This document shows positions 22,001-33,545 of a stretch of DNA of 64,000 bases, in pieces. The position numbers and the translations under genes were made by a program. The stretch lies in assembly GCA_020184695.1 (NCBI GenBank), contig JAANOX010000099.1, forward strand, positions 124,001-188,000. The letters are read 5' to 3'. This DNA comes from Histomonas meleagridis 2922-C6/04-290x (lineage: Eukaryota > Protista > Parabasalia). Numbering within the stretch: position 1 is the stretch's first letter; each line of letters begins with the position of its first letter. The notes beneath the pieces are model-generated. The model did no database searches, was not told where the DNA came from, and was given only the letters and a program-made list of their open reading frames with translations.

Positions 22001-24114
22001 CATTAATTACATGTTTCGGAATGTTTTCTTCATTAGATGATGTAACATTACAAAGTTTATTCGATAATGGCCCATGTTTTAACAAATTAATATCATTAAA
22101 TTCATGTTTATTCTTTTATCAGCCGAAAGTTAATGATAATAATTATTATTTTAAACCTTTTACGAATGGCGATTTTAAGTTAACTAATTATTGTTCACAT
22201 GAAACATTTCATAATTCATTTGTAGATGTATTAATTCATTCATTTAAATTAAAGAATTTAATTCCTTTGTTTGATTTAATACCTTTAAAAACAACAAAAA
22301 ATGAATTAGTTCCACATTTCGCAGAAACAATTTTAAGTTTATTTTCAACTTTATTTAATGAAAGTGATGAAGCACAAATATTTTTCATTGAGTATAAAGG
22401 GTTTGATTTAATATTAAATAGTTTATTAAAACTTCCATCGAATTATCGGAATTATAATTTATATTTAAACTTATTTAATTTATTAGAATCATTAAATTAT
22501 ATCGAATTACAAAACAAATTAATTAATGATATATTAATCAATTATAACTTATGGATTGATATTGAAGCAGAAAATCATTTACGTATATTAAGACATTGGT
22601 CACGTTATTTATTTCCTACATATTTACCGAAAATTACCACGAATATAATCGAATTAATTATAGCGTTACGAATATTTTATTTTTATGATAACAAATTTAA
22701 TGTTAAAAATGTAAAACGGAATTCGAAATTAAATATATCTGAATGTAGATCAATAATATTATCGATATGTCGTACGATGCCTTTTTATAATGATTCATTT
22801 AAATATTTAATTGGTGAATTATTAAATTTATCCGAAATTCATCAAATTAAAGATTTATTAAGTTTTTTATTAGTACAAATTTCTACAGATCTAACATTTA
22901 TAAATGATTTAAAAGATTTTATCGAATCAATTAATTTACTTGTTTCTTTATTAAACTTATTAGATGATGAAATTAATTGTTTAATATTTAAAATATTTCA
23001 TCAATTAAATCAAAGCAATTTAATTGATAATAATAAAATGTATGAACATATTTATTTAATATTTTATATATTACAAAAGGATTTTATCCAAGAAAAATTC
23101 TTTAAATCATTAACTCAGTTAATGTTAAATGAAAAATTTTATGAATTACTTCCAATTTGTTTTTGGATTGCTTCATATATAACAAATGATGACTTAATAA
23201 ATGATTTTATTGATCGATTAGAGCCAAATATAAAATATTCAACAAACCCAATATGGAGTATATGGGTAATAATATTAATATCGAAGATTAAAAACGAAAG
23301 AATTAAAGAAAAATTAATTTTGTTTTTAATCTTATCCGAAAATGAATATTATAAGGTCACGTTTACTATGTTTGATATTATTCTTGATAATTATTTAAAC
23401 ATTAACCCAACCGAAATTAAAGAAAGTTATTTACATTTGTTTTATTGTTCATTGTTTAGTGGTTCGATTGAAAGTAATGAAAAGAATTTGGATCTTTTCT
23501 TTTCATTATCGAAAGAATTTATTTTCTTTCAAAAGAATAATAAACAAAACAAAGCATTTCATGAACAATTTAAAACAAAAACTAATAAAATTAATAATAC
23601 GAAAAATATAAAATTTATTACATTACCAATGATTATTAATTATTTATTCGATGAAATATCAAAACCTAAAAAAAGATATTTCGGATTACGAATTATATCA
23701 TATAATAATTGGATCGATTTCCCAAACGCTATCGAATGCATGAATGCATTTCTACAATATAATGTTTCTATCGAAAAATATTTAATATTCGATTTAATAA
23801 TTTGTTACTTCGCGAATAAAATCGATAAAAAAGAAGTCGAAAATCATTTAAAACAATTAAAAGAAAAAAATTGCGAATTGATCGAATATCAATCATTCAT
23901 AAAATGCATGAAAAATGAAGTCGGAGCTTCAATTGACCTATTAAATAACTTCGCAGAACAAAAAATAGATGATCAAGTACTGCCGCAACAAGTAAATAAA
24001 TACATTGTGTCACTTATGGAGAAGAAAGACGACTTTCTGATAAGTGAAAAAAATGATATATTGAGATCATACGTCATCAAAACAGTGGATGAATTCATAG
24101 ACATTTATTGCTAA
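19081..24114 (+). CDS. Large ARM/ConA-like protein resembling the N-terminal part of BEACH-family proteins, no BEACH domain seen
   Basis: 1677-aa ORF with a helical N-terminus, a beta-rich LamG-like segment (FHSVFWV...EWILIHFSY) and a DUF4704-like NYNLWIDIEAENHLRILRHWSRYLF. No BEACH or WD40 motif was recognised. Confidence 0.55.
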   Translation: MKKLLNQKEICVEILKFIQTVGKISVPDVLVNQKIFASIKFPLYNKKELQSISSDLEKGLDIKTTLLNHSFAFPFFPNFLDDLIRKMNKNTYIYASSFTFLTYLAWNIAYGDSISVDTTIIDLLSALVTIWNYGNSEQIKLISVSAYTQIYSTFFSNENFKAFDGFLSAIYLFFERGRVIPEQCYEILPNAAKWVYNNYLSNPKITDNFFRYLSQLDLPETVAQKLVTITFQSLLQSNYTIFPYIPDFLKLVSINFTSAFLSRVPIELLDCISLQPVINDIPFDSTDPNFIELPKEKNNEFNFKIQKNTFPNGLEISQNIEIPKTNTFNELMHDSIISKFTIIAQCSKNKEHMKMIIANFIELLKIKTSERPIHIFDFYASFFYLCKLFPPDSIGEVNFDLLMNPILFNPEITVFYPCKNFDHLNSIRYYSLELILNISQNYIEEILHRLMPYPLLFTETLHRIIANHQILPDLNDARISLAHGLVSSALYYQSFSNETNNKSIEIARTGILNFISHIFLEKSMLICFFNDYFFSCSFLSLVFEVPLRSFVLDQTLTYLTNSEQVEFDHNLLKIIIRLVENACNYFPDIDYIDLVSDVLNKINESITHRRNLALQYESLTPIIFKAFLTLDTTKNSKTFLYNSLSFLVLISNIHLLNDEEQLCIENAIKNVYENSPSDNIFETIVQLLAANGLIYKNPCFYIRQPKILTTFLTIFENTPKLIDVLQFINDLCSFSPHNCISCHLDHIDLWLLNFIYKNINNDKVNEYIIICLKIIVKISSLISSIEVIKKFNTLLKPINNSNELSYYYIDIFNSLNSIVNNSKIQPSVTIPLSPEYIISISGLNSTHLESFHSVFWVHHDTTIPLYKPKILHLIESTKSIEVSLFSNQVNIYQNNGEYETYGNLKVEIPNKEWILIHFSYEPSNKIGESLFKVSINLSHFEEIIIPTMKWKQKTLINCFIGGITNDSITPEFPSLITCFGMFSSLDDVTLQSLFDNGPCFNKLISLNSCLFFYQPKVNDNNYYFKPFTNGDFKLTNYCSHETFHNSFVDVLIHSFKLKNLIPLFDLIPLKTTKNELVPHFAETILSLFSTLFNESDEAQIFFIEYKGFDLILNSLLKLPSNYRNYNLYLNLFNLLESLNYIELQNKLINDILINYNLWIDIEAENHLRILRHWSRYLFPTYLPKITTNIIELIIALRIFYFYDNKFNVKNVKRNSKLNISECRSIILSICRTMPFYNDSFKYLIGELLNLSEIHQIKDLLSFLLVQISTDLTFINDLKDFIESINLLVSLLNLLDDEINCLIFKIFHQLNQSNLIDNNKMYEHIYLIFYILQKDFIQEKFFKSLTQLMLNEKFYELLPICFWIASYITNDDLINDFIDRLEPNIKYSTNPIWSIWVIILISKIKNERIKEKLILFLILSENEYYKVTFTMFDIILDNYLNINPTEIKESYLHLFYCSLFSGSIESNEKNLDLFFSLSKEFIFFQKNNKQNKAFHEQFKTKTNKINNTKNIKFITLPMIINYLFDEISKPKKRYFGLRIISYNNWIDFPNAIECMNAFLQYNVSIEKYLIFDLIICYFANKIDKKEVENHLKQLKEKNCELIEYQSFIKCMKNEVGASIDLLNNFAEQKIDDQVLPQQVNKYIVSLMEKKDDFLISEKNDILRSYVIKTVDEFIDIYC

Positions 24115-24640
24115 AATTTTATTTAGATTTGTGTTAAATAAATTTATTTCATTTTGTTTTTGTTTTTTAAAATATGTGTAAATGTTCTCTAAAAAGATCA
24201 AAATTCATTATAAAGATGCCGTGAAAAACTTGTCTTCCTTGATAAGAATGTCATTCATAGAAGCTTTTTGTCAACCTAAAAGGTATATACCAATTTTAAT
24301 GATTAAATGCTAAATAATATCATCATACAATTGTGTTTCACTTAATATGCTTTTTTGATGAAGTTATCGTTTAAGGCTTTTCATTTTTAACATCTTCCAA
24401 TTGGATGAATTTGTAAAAGTCAAAATCATCTGCATTTTTGATAATAAATATCTTCCCGTACATATATTTTTTATCATGCAATTGCAACTTCGTAGTTGTA
24501 TGAAAGTAGACAGTTTTTCACGGAGTTTTTTCTAAATTTAGTATTATAATATATCACAAATTTTAATGTTATTTTTTGTAGAACATTTTTATATGCAATT
24601 CATATATTATAAATTTGAAAAATTGTTTAATTAAATAAGT

Positions 24641-24669
<29 letters not shown>
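24641..24669. repeat. (TA)n microsatellite
   Basis: About 14 uninterrupted TA units. Confidence 0.95.
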
Positions 24670-24673
<4 letters not shown>

Positions 24674-24775
24674 TTATCATTTATTTCAGTTTAACTAAAT
24701 ATGGTTATACTGTGTAAACATTATAATTATATGAATTCAGAAATTTGGAAATAGTTATAAGTATTGACTCCCTGT

Positions 24776-26040
24776 TTATCGAGACCTAACAAAAAGCATT
24801 GCATTTTTAGCCATTTTTTTAAAATTATCCCGCCCATAACCTAATGAAATCATATTATGAAACACTTCTCTGTTTATGATAACATTATTTTTTCTTGAGC
24901 AGTTCATAGCATATTGTAATATAGTATCAATACAAGTTGAGATTAATTCATCTTTAATGTTTTCACTTTGAAGTCTCAAAATGTTTTCAACCAATTGCCA
25001 CAATTGAAGTATTTGTTTTCGTTCTTTTTGAAAATCTTCTGGAGAATTTCCAAATGACATCGCATAGAAAATTTTTGCATAAACTTTATAACATTTTAAC
25101 AAAGATATATAAAATTGATTTGCATAATCAATATTTTCTTCAAGGTTTTTCTGCTTTTGATATATATCCAAAAGAATTTCCAATCTACTGCGAAAGCTAT
25201 GCAATATTTCTTCTGATACCGAATTATAAGAAAAAATTTCGAACAAATGTGCAACCAACATTAGCATTGATGGATAAGCTTCACTCAAATTTGGTTCACA
25301 ATTAATTATATCGAAAAACAAGCATAAAAAATCTTGTAAGAAAAAGATTACGTCATTTTTTAAATTGAAAAACATGAAGAATATTGCTCTCATACATAAT
25401 GATTTTTCATATTCATCGGATGATTTAATTAGTGGTAAAAGGATTCGCAAAACTACCCCAACCTTTTGTTCGACATTAGTTGAAAAAAGTTCATCACATA
25501 GAAAAATGTTTCCCTCTTTGATGATCTTGATGGAAGAAATTTTGATTTCAGGAGTGATATCATTTGGTGAAGACAAAAGAACAATAGCTAGGCTATAAGT
25601 CTTGCGGTATATTGGAATAAAACTTGAGATTTTAAGCTCACTTGAGATTTTAAAAATTTCAATAAAAAATTTAAAACATGACATAGTGACGTTGGGATCA
25701 CTAGAACTAAAGGCATTGTCAACAATGGCTTGAATTGATTCCAGACAAGATTCTTTTTCAATAACACATATTTGTGCAAAGACTTTACATGAAAGTTTTT
25801 GAAGAGTTAAATCAGTGCTTTGAGTTGCTTGGGCGATGCATTCTTTGAGTTCACTAATAAGGTTAGCTTCAAATTTTATATTTTGCTTTAAAATCATACT
25901 CAGAGTAAATACTGCAAAACACTTTGTTGTATAATTACTATTTCATCCGAGACATCCATAGACTGATTTTGTATTAACTCTTTTACTGTTTTCCATTGAA
26001 TATAATAAATTCCATTCAGTGTTTCTATGTCTTGTGGATT
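24776..26040 (-). pseudogene. Importin-beta-like HEAT-repeat C-terminal fragment (5'-truncated)
   Basis: ORF 24776-25897 extends upstream across a 1-nt shift at ~25950. DVSDENSNYTTKCFAVFTLSMIL resembles the post-acidic-loop HEAT repeats, and the end HNMISLG...KKMAKNAMLFVRSR resembles importin-beta. Confidence 0.5.
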
Positions 26041-26193
26041 TTTTTTCGTCCTATAGCAAACAAAAACTCATGAAAAACAGGATATCTTTGAAATAGGTTA
26101 ATTCTCATGCTTTCCTCTTCCATTTCTGTATAGTTGTCTTCAATTATTTCTTTTTCGGTTTCTAAAATATTGTTTTCATTCATTTCTTCTTCT

Positions 26194-27918
26194 TCAGATG
26201 ATTAACATCTTTTCGTTTATATTCTCTTCATGTAAATTTAAACATGTTGCTTTATTGTTGTGACCTGATCTTCCACATATACTGCATGAATAATGTTTTT
26301 TCTGATTATTTCTCCCTGACCTTCTTATTAAATTTGCTGGCCTTGTCCTTTTTCTTCTAGAGAATAAATTTAAATTTATATCTTTAAGTTCATTAGATGA
26401 TTTTAGAACTTGTTCTTGTGATATTAATGGGATTTGCTTATCTACACGATTAATAATTTCATGAACACAAGGAACACCATATTCAATCTTTGTAATACAT
26501 TTGCAATTCTTCTCATTAATCCATATCAATAATTCGATATTAGCTCTTCCATCCATTATTTGTTTTTTAGTTTTCTTAGTATTATCGACTTCATTTTTCT
26601 ATTTATCTACTGCTATTGAACATTTAATATTACCTTCATAAATATTATTGTTAATTTCTGTAAGCATTCTCTCACTTAGCCTAGCAAATTCTGTGAATAA
26701 ATTATCCAATATATTTATAACAGTATCATTATCTTTTTTACCATTATAATCTTTCCCGTATATTACCATTTAAACCTTCGATCGCATTAGTTGTTTATTG
26801 TTCTCTTAAATTTACAGACAATAAGAAACTAGGATCATAACAATCGATATCATCATCAATTAATGCTCGAATAGCTCTTATGTTTTTGACAGTACTCCGA
26901 ATAGTTTGATTTAAGGAATTAATATATTTATAACGACTTATTTTAATTCTCAATGAATTTATGAGATGACTTATATATTATAAATTGAGGACCAAATATT
27001 TGTTCAACTGATCTAATCATATGAACTCTGCGAAAAACAATTATAGTATTTAACATTATCTCATCAATTGCTGGATTTTGTGCTTTTAATCTAACAATGA
27101 TTACGACTCTTGGTATGCCAACTATATTTTCTATATCATCAAATACGAGTTTAAATATTTCCTTTTCTTTACTTTACATAATTGTAAATGTTAATATCTG
27201 TTAATTATTATTATCATCAATGAATAATAAATTTAGAATAGGCATATCGAAATCATTGATCATCATTATGTCATCGATTTGTAATGTATCTCTAGATATT
27301 ATTTTATTATTTAACTTCCTTGAAACAAATGTTGCTGTGATAATTTTATTATCTGCTCTGTTCAAATTTAATATCGTTTCATAATTATTTGATGACTGAT
27401 AGATAATAGATTGGATTGATTTGATTGTGTCAACATCTTTTGCTTTTAAATAAGAACGTCTGATATCATAAAATTTTCGGACACTGACAGATTATGCTAT
27501 TTTCCTTCTAATATATGCAGCATTTTCTCATTGTTTAGTGTAAGTTATAATTTGATTGACCCAACCAACTATAATGAAAATCTAGTGATATTGGATGTTT
27601 GTGTCGAAAATTGCTCTCAACAAACATAACTTTTGATCAATTATGATCAACTTTCAATCTTATAAAGCTCTTGCAATCATATTGTTTTAGCGTACGGTAT
27701 TTTTTTAACTTTGCAACGTCCTCCAAAACGACACCAAATATCTCAATATTCGAATGGCCAAAGATATTTGTCCTTGCGAGTGAATAATGACCAAAATTTT
27801 GCTTGAACATTTCTTGTATATCATAAGGGGAAGTCTCTTGTAAGTTAATCGACATTTCCCAATTTTTAGGTAAAACAAAATATATAATTTCTGGAGTATC
27901 AATCGTGTTTCCATTCAT
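26194..27918 (-). mobile_element. Degenerate Mutator-like (MULE) transposase
   Basis: N-terminal CKSFIRLK...ESNFRHKHP (FAR1/WRKY-GCM1-like), TNAIEGLNG (~26760-26790), SWIM finger CKCITKIEYGVPCVH and zinc knuckle CSICGRSGHNNKATC. Many stops and frameshifts; no TIR found. Confidence 0.8.
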
Positions 27919-28094
27919 CTGAACCTACTGAATCTTATGAGATTATATCAAATTTGATGACCGGATGAACATTTTGAGAATTTTGTAATAGATTGTGACC
28001 ATTTTTGAGATTTTTGATGCTCATGTTGGCACTTTTAATTGAAATAAAATTATCGTGTCGAATACAAAATTGACGCCACTTCGTGTCAATTAAG

Positions 28095-30682
28095 AAGGGG
28101 CGACAAAGCCGTTTAAAAAACCGCCAGGACTTATTTATCGAATATTGGTATAAATAAAGAACATGCCATCATTTAAAATACAATATTTTGTAAAATATTG
28201 TCTTGAACTATATAAATTGAAATATTATCTAATATTAACATACAGATATTGAGTAAGAACACCTTTTTTATTTAAATATTTATTTTTTACAACATTCAAT
28301 ATTACATGGTTTACGCGTTACAACATTTCAAAAGTTGGAATAATCAGAATATTGATAATTTTTAAAAAACGGCTGTACAAAATTTTTTAATATCATATAT
28401 TCATTGTCTATATAATGAATTCAATCAAATATCTTGAAATTAGAGAAATCGTATCGTAACGTTTTTAGATATTATTATTTGAATATATTTGGTCGGACGG
28501 CGAAGCAGTTTAAAATTCTAATCAGTAACAATAAGAAAAATTTACTAAACTAGTTGGGAAGATTCAACATTTCTTTCAATGGTAGCATATCCAGTTGATG
28601 ATACAATTCTTGAATTTCTTATTGATACCCATTTTTTATCAGTACTTATTTGAAAATACTTATATATAATGTCATTAAAAGAAATTTCATCAGAAAATTT
28701 TTCATCAATTTTAGAAAATAATGTTTTCATTTCAGCTGAAATCAAACTTTGATCTAATTCAAAAATTGTTGAGACTTCCTTGATGTATTTAGAAATTTCA
28801 AAATGTAAAATTTCTTCATCTTTACTAAGGAATGCCTTACTATCTGAAATTCTTTTAGATATTTTTCTGTCTTTATTTGGTATGCATATTTTTTTATACA
28901 TTACTTGTTGGCAACATCTCATAAAATTTGTTGCACTATGATTGTAATGACACAACCTTATAACTTGGCCAAAATAATGTTCAAGCCAATGGGTACCACA
29001 AAAGCACCAAGATGAATATCTTTGTTTTGATAAAGAATATTTGATAAAGAATATACGAGTGACATCACTTTATCAATAGTATATATATCGTATATACACA
29101 TGTAAGGATTTTTCCCTTCTGACATTGAGCTTGTTTGTTTTCGATCTCGTATTTTTATATTATAAGTTTCCATATAAAGATACATCAACGCCCAACATAA
29201 TGACAAACATTCAATTCTTCGAGTTCTATTTAAATTTTTATCCATAACAGACTTAATAAGTAATGTTGCAGGAATAAGTGATATTAACACTAATTTATTT
29301 GTTTCAAATGCTTTAAAAATATTATTATCGGTAAATAACATTATTGGTAGCATATCGTCCATCTTTTTACTATGACTTCCATCCAAAATAAATTCTGGGA
29401 TGCCAACATCAATATAATCCTTTTTGTTAAACACCAAATCTCTATCAGGTAAAACACAAATTGAATTTCCACATACGATTCTATACCTCATGCATTTTAC
29501 AAGATGGAGCATATCTTCAAAAACAAGAGGCATGTTTAAATCACTGATTAAATTTGGTAGAAAACAAGAAATATTAAAATTTTGAAATTTATCACAAATT
29601 GATTTAACAAACTTTAAATCACCAGTATCTCCGTCAAATGAAATGCCAACAACATTTATACCCAAGCCACCAAGTAAAATTGCAATTAATTCTAATTGAG
29701 ATACAATTTCATTGTCAGATGAACCATTTTCTTTTACTTTTATACATAAACCACCATTTTATGAAGATATTGGACATATATAATAGACGAAATAATCGTT
29801 GATAATATCTTGTTTGTTTTCATCTATAAATGATAATAATGCCTCTGAAGATGATCTCAAATAAGCAGCTATATCTCTGTCAATATAACATTCCTCCATT
29901 AAACCTATAATAAATCCATCTTAATGTATAATGACATTTGATGATATACAAGCTGCGTCAACTGCTAGAATAACATCATGGTTATTTTGGGAATAATTCT
30001 CATTTAAAAACACTATCAAAAGATGATCTTTATGTTCAATACTTCCATCAAATACCTCTTTTGTAATATTTAACTGTTTATATTCTTCATTCTTCCAACG
30101 TTGAATTGTTCTCCAACAAGGGAATCCTAAATTGAACTCCATTGACATCCATAAAGACTGTCCCATATTAGACATACATATATAATCAGGTATAGCTTTT
30201 TTGTTGTATCTCTTTGTTGAAAGAGAATCAACATGCATTTTTAAAAAACAGTTATTTTCTATACTATGCAAAAGCTCACTTCTGGAATGTAAAGACTCAA
30301 TATCTTTTTTCAATTTTATGTTTTCTTCAGATAATTGCTTATATTTAAATGAATGTAAATTAAATGAAGTTTTTAAATTTTTGATCTCTTCTTGTAAACG
30401 TAAAACTTGATATCGGAGTTGAGCATCAGTTGCATCTTGGAGATCATTTTTTCTTGGCTTAAAACCCCTTGTACATGTTGGTTTCATTGAACAACTTTCT
30501 TTTAACGTCAGAAATAAACATTAGAAATTCTTATCGTACATTGAAATATATAAATAATAATTTTGCAAAATGTTACGATATAATTTCAAAAATATCGAAT
30601 TTTGGTGAATTAATCGATATACTGAGAGTTTATTTTTAAAATTACTAAGAATTTTGTCTATAGGAAATTATTGTCGCCCCTT
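28095..30682 (-). mobile_element. P-element-like DNA transposon remnant with 12-bp terminal inverted repeats
   Basis: AAGGGGCGACAA at 28095-28106 and TTGTCGCCCCTT at 30671-30682 flank a transposase pseudogene. No target-site duplication was identified. Confidence 0.7.
28545..30487 (-). pseudogene. P-element/THAP9-like transposase pseudogene (two in-frame TAA, one frameshift)
   Basis: Motifs FPCWRTIQRW, VILAVD, VVGISFDGD, FEDMLHLVKCMRYR, KKMDDMLP and GTHWLEHYFGQV. In-frame TAA at ~29921 and ~29760, and a shift at ~28997. Confidence 0.75.
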
Positions 30683-30956
30683 ATGTTTATTAGGAATTAA
30701 TTAGATATTCCAAATACGATTTCTCAAAAAAAAATTTTTCTTTATTTTTTATTATTTACTGTCAGGCCAAAGGCTTTGGAGGGGTTCCAACAAAAACATT
30801 TTCGATTCATTAGGGTTGTCCCCAAATAGGAAATAAATGATAGCAAGTCAAATCAAGCCTAAGGATCATTTTCCATGTGCAATAATTCTTCCTTTTCTTC
30901 TTTTGTTTTTAAAATCTTAATGAAATGATGTAAACTGTTTATTCAAAAAAACGGCT

Positions 30957-31015
30957 ATCCGATCAAAATATTTTGATCGGATTCGATTATAATCAATTCA
31001 AATAAAAATTTGAAT
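30957..31015. repeat. Cluster of three palindromes/hairpins
   Basis: Perfect 26-bp palindrome ATCCGATCAAAATATTTTGATCGGAT (30957-30982), GATTATAATC (30985-30994) and ATTCAAAT-aaaa-ATTTGAAT (30996-31015). Confidence 0.85.
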
Positions 31016-31187
31016 AAAATTATAATATCTCAAAAGAATTCAGAAGAAATTCCAAAAATCCCATCCACACAAGTATCACAATTGAAATATATTTCAGTTT
31101 TTTCTCTTGTGTAAATTATTTTCACATCAAGTAGAAACACTAACTCATTATCGAACTAAATTTGGGGCACTCCAAAATATTTGTGAA

Positions 31188-32917
31188 ATGCAAAAAGATA
31201 TCCAGTTAAGTCACATATCAAATATTGCCCAAATATTAGAAAAGGACAATGTAAATGGATCTATTTCTCTGACATGTGAAAACGGGATGTTTTATTTTAA
31301 TTGGATTCCATATGATAGTTCTCCACAATATCTTGTCAATAGCATATTTAAAAAAGTAGGAAATGAATCTACTGGACTCAACAATGGTAAGACTTTTAAG
31401 ACAGATTTCAGACAAATTTCACAATTCCGAATTAGTGAAAATGATGAAGATTTAATTTTAACAATTGATTTCAATAATGCTTCTGCTTCCAGATTCTCCC
31501 TTCCAAAAGACAATATAGTTGAAGTTTCTAATTTTATAGAAGCTTTATTATCAAATCGCATTGTTGTACCAAATCACTATAAAGAAGTTAAGCACACTCT
31601 TACTGTATACAAAAACTGCAATCAAAATTACCTTCTTCCTTATCCAACCTATATTCATTTACGAATTTACAAATATAATAACTTAGATGATTTTTGGCTT
31701 CAAATAACAGAATTTTTTATTAACCTTATGACAGAGATCGCAAAAGATTATATCATTCTCCAAGATCCGGCCTTTCCAATTGAGATTGCAACATTATCAT
31801 CACAATACATAATAGAACAACAAACCAAAACTTTATAGATCAAATTCCACAATACGAACCAATTAACAAAAGCAATTTTGCTTCTCTTTTTGATGACAAC
31901 GGTAAACTCAAAGATATTGAATTATTTAAATCACGTATTTTGTATGCTGGTGTTGAATCTGATGTAATCAAAGATGTCCTACCTTTTATTCTTGGTTCAT
32001 ATCCACTTGATAGTACTTCAGAAGACCGTAAATCACTTCGAGAAATTCAAAGCAATCGTTTTCAACTTCTCCGATCTCAAGTTGACACCATAGGCACCTA
32101 CCAAATGACACGTAATAAGAAGCTAAGTAGTTCATTCCACGTTATCTCCAACGACGTCAGCCGTACGAACCGAACACATCCTGCATTTCTCAACAACGGT
32201 TGTATCGGCATGTCACTTTTGACGACACTTTTGCGAACTTATTGTTTATATAATTTTCAAATTGGTTATCTTCAAGGAATGAATGATTTATTTGTTCCAA
32301 TAATTTTTGCATATTATCCAAATTGGAATGATGAAGGAAAACCTATTGGTGAAGAAGGTCATATTTTAAATACTGATGAACATATATCTGATATTTTTTG
32401 GTGTTATGATTCCATGATAAAAAGTATTAATCACATTGAATTAATTGCGGATGTCCAAAAACAATGTGTGTCTAAGTCTAAAATTGTTGTTGAAACATTA
32501 TCAAAAGTATCGCCAATGATATACATATGGCTTAAACATTACGACTTAACAGCATTACTATGGGTATATCAAGACTTTGTTCTGTTGTATAAAAGAACAT
32601 GGAATAACATTTGGGACTTGTGGCTAATGTTTTATTCATTTGTCGAGCCAAAAGATTTTTTGATTTATTTCATCGCTGCAACAATTATAAAGATATTCCC
32701 GAAGTTGGCGAACATTAAGGAAACCGGAATCACAATGATGATGACGCAATTCCAATTAGAGTTGGAAAAGGAAGACCCAAAGGAAATAGGAAGAATCGCA
32801 CTTTGGGTGGCGAATGTCGCCCCTTTGGATGAATGCGAGAATGAAATTGTTGATAATGAAAAAAATGATACAAATTTGAAAAGAGATTATCGTTTTTTCG
32901 ATTTGTTCAAACAGTAA
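31188..32917 (+). CDS. TBC-domain Rab GTPase-activating protein (one A-run indel at ~31830)
   Basis: ISNDVSRT (IxxDxxR), GYLQGMNDL and FWCY. Adding one A in ACCAAAACTTT joins ORFs 31107-31838 and 31940-32917. Confidence 0.88.
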
Positions 32918-33545
32918 AAATAAGTTAATGTGATTAATGGTTTGTTGCTTTTGTTTAAATGTTTAGCATTAAGAATAATTTCATTCAGTTTATGCACTTC
33001 TTTATCATAATTATTCTGTTTTTTCACTTTTCCAAATTTCTTTTATTTTCTGAAAGTAAGACCTAGAAAAAATTTAATGTGATAAAATCCTTCTACTGAA
33101 ATATATGAAGAGATTATTGAAATAATACTAATATATCAACAAATTCTGTTATATAATACGCTTCTATAGTAAAATGTTTCTTGCTTAAAAATACAATGAT
33201 TTAAGTACAATTTTTGGAAATTTCTTTCTCTTTTTTTGGATTAATTTAGTTATCAAATGCGAAATAATCTAAATTAAAAGATAAATAAATTTTGGATATT
33301 CAAGTCGAATACTTGCATTGTTTGTTGAACTGTTAACGCAATATTTTCTTCATGCTATTCCTTTTAGTAAATTCATTGTTTCAATTTTTATGGGTTTATA
33401 AGTATTCTTAGGAAAATCACTCTTTCTTTCCATTTATTGTATATATAAAAATAAAATTTAAATACATAAGCAATTTGTATTTATAATAAATAATAAAAAA
33501 ACACCATTTAACATATCAACAAATCATTTATTACATTTACAAAAA

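Noticed and set aside
28545-30487. In-frame TAA codons in the transposase read as Gln/Lys (alternative genetic code)
   Set aside because: Most intact genes end in TAA, so ordinary pseudogenisation explains them.
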